A stretch of 64,000 nucleotides of DNA from Mobula birostris (Eukaryota), in the NCBI RefSeq assembly GCF_030028105.1, contig NC_092384.1:34913553-34977552 (forward strand), given 5' to 3'. The notes beneath the pieces were generated by a model. That model searched no databases. It saw only the letters and a list, made by a program, of their open reading frames with translations, and had not been told where the DNA came from. The position numbers and the translations under genes are program-made. Of this stretch, positions 60,351 to 64,000 are shown one piece after another (position 1 is the first letter of the stretch; every line of letters begins with the position of its first letter).

Positions 60351-62556
60351 GTAACAATACAGTTACTCTAACCCTTGACAGAGTGACAAGAAAGTTTTAT
60401 GCACATAGGGTAGTGCTTCTTCGGAATCCTTAGCCCAAGCCAGTTGTGGAAGCTGATTACTGTGTGTATAGAAGACAGAAATCATTAGACTTTTGAATAC
60501 TAAGGAAATCAAGGGATGTGCAGTTAGTGCAGAAAGGTAATACTGGAATATAAGATCAGCCAGGAACCTATTGAATGATGGAATAGCTTAGAGGTACTGA
60601 ATGATCTAATCGTCCTCCTATTTCTTGTGTTCTTATCTTCTAAAACTTGAGCGTGATCCATAGCCATTTAAATGAGGGGAAACTATTTTTCAACAACTAC
60701 TGTATGTATAAATCAATATTCCAGTCTGACAGTCATCGTGCTGATGCATTCTGTCCGAAAAACGTAATACCCTGAGTTTATATATTTCGATGTTAACAAC
60801 CCACATTTTATTTGTACCATCTGTGTACTTCTGACGTGCCATTTCAAGAGCAGATTATTTATCTGTTGTTGCTGTTAACCACTGGGTTCATTGAAACATT
60901 GTGGATGACCAACTTTCTATTCTGAAGTGTTTGCTTCTATTCAAGTCTTAAATTAAACAGGGTTGAAACTATGCCACAGTAAGTAGGAACGGCTTTTTCC
61001 ATAATAATAATATGCTTGAGCACCATGAGCAAAATCACATGAGAGCTATGCCAACAGAATCCTAATAACATCTTTTGACAATGAGATTCAGTCCACAAAG
61101 CAGCCATTGTTGTACGTCTTTCAACCCTATAAAGCACTAAACTGACCTCACCCAGTTTTTAACCAATAACTACACATGCACGATAAACATTAAAATCGAT
61201 GCTTTTGCAAACCTCACCATGGTTTCAGTTTATCTGTTTTGCTTCTATCGAAGTTGAAATAACAACTCAACTCATTTTTGAAGCTTTCATTTAAATTATG
61301 CAGCAGACCCAGGTAACAAGAATTGCTGTTTTTTTTGCCTCAATAAATGAATGAAAGTGTTTTATGCTATGTAATTTGAAATGTTCTTCAATTATTTGCT
61401 ATTGAAATTCTACAAACTGTGTTTCTTCTGGTAGGGCAGATTTGTTCAATGTTAATTATTCTGGCAGATTTGCAGTGTTCTTTGAACAGAATATTGGAGG
61501 TAGAGTTTCTTTAAAATGAGGGAAAAAAGTCTGTAGGCGATAATCTTGTTCCAGCTGGATCCCTTCCTCTGGCCTCTCACCAGCTTTGAATCTTTCAATT
61601 ACAAACTGCTGGTATGACAACAGCCATGTCAATTTCTCTTTTTGCTTACTGCACACTACCATCCTTGAAAAGGAGCACCCAATTGTTGTTAACACAAGAG
61701 ATTCTGTAGATGCTGGAAATATTGAGCGACACACACAATATGATGGAAATCCCTCAATTTTCTTTGATCCCTACTTCACTGCTTGTTAAATCTGTTGGCA
61801 GAGCTGATCAGTGGGATCAGGATAGATTGATTTCCTTACTTGGCAAACCAACCTTTAACTTGCAAAGATTGAACAGCAACCATACAACATCTCTAACCTC
61901 ACATCTGTATCATACCACCGTCAATCATCGAGCCATCATTTCCCAACTTGTCAGTGACCTTCTTGCTGATAGAAATCTTCCATATCTGGCCTCATTGTAT
62001 CCCTACAACCCACTCTGTATCCTTCCCATGAACTGCAAATGGGACAGTTCTGAGAGACTCATCGTTTTAGCTCGTGCTGGGCTCATGGAATTTATTTGTT
62101 CTTGTTTCTCCTCGATCTTGATACTCTTTTGGTTCCTTTACATGGTCATCCAGCATCCATTCTTGCCTTACAGCATCGCCACTGGAGCTGAGTATCATGT
62201 CCATTTTCTGTTATGATTATAGAAATTGTCACGTTGATTTCTCACTTATTTTCTCTTTCTTTACATATGAAGATTTTATTAAATCATGCACAACAGTGAA
62301 ACATATGTTTTTCAAAGGTTGTTGCAAGTGACTTGCGGTTTACCTCGCCAATCAGAATTTGCTCCTCTAAGTTATAGCCATACTAAAATAACATGATATC
62401 ATCACATTTAATTAACTATCTGTTCTTTTATATTTATACCATTATGTGACCTCTTCTTTCCTGGGTGGTATAAAAAACACTAACAATCAACAATATCACA
62501 TATCGTTCTCATCTTTCAAAACAGTCATTCTTAAACTTGGATCTGAGAATCCTTCA

Positions 62557-62745
62557 TGAACAAGAGAAAATCTACAAATACTGTAAATCTGAACAACACA
62601 CACAAAACGCTAGAGGAACCCAGCAGGCCAGGCAGCATCAATGGAAAAGAGTAGAGTTGACGTTTCGGGCTGAAACGTTGACTGTACTTTTTTCCATAGA
62701 TGTTGCCTGGCCTGCTGAGTTCCTCCTGCATTTTGTTTGTGTTAC
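62557..62745. mobile_element. PLE-derived fold-back (palindromic) insertion with 15-bp TSD
   Basis: Arms ~62595-62665 and ~62672-62743 are reverse complements centred on gtttcgggctgaaac; TSD tctga(g/a)aatccttca at 62542-62556 and 62746-62760. Confidence 0.85.
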
Positions 62746-62799
62746 TCTGAAAATCCTTCAGGGAGTTTGTTGAGTTTTAATAAATTGAGATAATTTAGT

Positions 62800-64000
62800 T
62801 AAGTGGCAGACAAAGTGAATAGATATTTTGCCTCAGTCTTCACTGTGGAAGACCAAGTTTGAGAATGTCAGTGGGCAGAAGTGAACTGCCACTGCAAAGA
62901 AGAAGGTGCTTGGGAAGCTGAAAGGTCTGAAGTTAGATTAGTCACCTGGACCAGATGGACTGCACCACAGGGTTCTGAATGAGGTAGCTGAAGAGATTGT
63001 GGAAGAATTAGTAATGATCTTTCAAGATTCACTATATTCTGGAATGGACACAACACACAAAATGCTAGAGGAACTCAGCAGACCAGGCAGCATCTAGGAA
63101 AAGAGTACAATCGATGTTTGTGATTGGATTACTACTCTGCGAAGTCTCTTCCAGGGATGCCTACCCTGAAGAAGTTTAAATCTTCCCTTCGATGGGAGTT
63201 CAGTGAAACCCTCTCTCACTGCTCCCCTGCTGTGGTCCTGGCTGCTCTCTGACTCTTTGACCATGCACTTACTCAGACCCACTACTACAGTCCTGCTGAA
63301 GGGTTTCGGCCTGAAACGTCGAGTGCAGATTTTCCCTTGTTTGAGGTTCTGGAGTGGTTGCGGAGGACTGGAAAATCGCAAATGTCACTCCACTCTTTAG
63401 GAAGAGAGGGAGCCAAAAGACAGGAAATAATAGGACAGTTAGCCTGACTTTAGCGGTTGGCAAAATGTTAGAGTCCATTATTAAGGTTGAGGATTTGGGG
63501 TGCTTGGACGCACATTTTAAAATAGGCCAAAGTCAGCATAGTTTTCTAAAAGGGAAATCTTGCCTGACAAATCTGTTGGAATTCCTTGAGAAAATAGCAG
63601 ATAGGATAGACAGAGGAGAGTCAGTATATGTTGCTTATTTATACTTTCAGAACACTTTAGTCAAGGTGCCACATATGAGGCTGCGAAACAAGATTCGGGC
63701 CAATGATATTACGGAAAGATACCAGCATGAGTAGACAATTGGCTGATTAGCAGAAAGTAAAGACTGGGAATAAAGGGGGCTTTTCTGGTTGGCTTCCAGT
63801 GGCTAGTGATGTTCCACAGGGACTGGTGTTGGATCTGCTACTTTTCACTTTCGATGTTTTGAGTGACAGAATTGATGACTGAGTGGCCAAGCCTGTGGAT
63901 GATACAAAGATTGGTGGACGGGCATAAAGTGTTGATGAAGCAGAATGTCTGCAGATGGACTTAAGGAGAATGAGTAATGAATGGGGAAATGGAACACAGT
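62800..64000 (+). mobile_element. CR1 ORF2 fragment, running off the window
   Basis: SPGPDGLH, ORF 63354-63734 (EDWKIANVTPLFRK...VSLT...QHSFLKGKSCLTNLLEF), VPQG.VL. Confidence 0.92.
63048..63346. mobile_element. PLE fragment with inverted termini, inserted in CR1, 11-bp TSD
   Basis: TSD ttctgga(a/g)tgg at 63037-63047 and 63347-63357; degenerate hammerhead cagtc-ctgctga-agggtttcggcct-gaaa-cgtc at 63288-63325. Confidence 0.75.

Noticed and set aside
61710-62216. 168-aa ORF
   Set aside because: Appears to be read-through of degraded PLE-like sequence; no convincing domain.
63160-63220. Second hammerhead (CUGAAGA...GAAAC)
   Set aside because: No pairable helix I and no proper cleavage triplet context.

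Overview
Eukaryotic, repeat-dominated (roughly two-thirds transposon-derived) intergenic or intronic DNA. The repeat mix (CR1 LINEs with an SGNH-esterase ORF1, Rex1/Babar, RTE, L1, Penelope-like termini, Tc1, Gypsy) suggests a cartilaginous fish, probably a ray; this is inference. No intact host gene was recognised. The standout feature is a non-autonomous Gypsy-type LTR element (17885-21371, minus strand, 5-bp TSD AATGT). It keeps gag and protease remnants, but its RT-RNaseH-integrase region is replaced by an intronless fragment of the splicing-factor gene RBM25, whose purine-rich Lys/Glu codons occupy the polypurine-tract position. Also present: a decayed full-length Gypsy provirus (35226-39574, tRNA-Trp PBS, TSD CTAC), a full-length L1 (49888-56581, 14-bp TSD), Penelope-derived insertions with hammerhead motifs or fold-back hairpins, nested insertions with resolvable TSDs, an unexplained 83-bp TSD-flanked insert, and repeat-free stretches that may be conserved non-coding elements. 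All coordinates and identities were read by eye.
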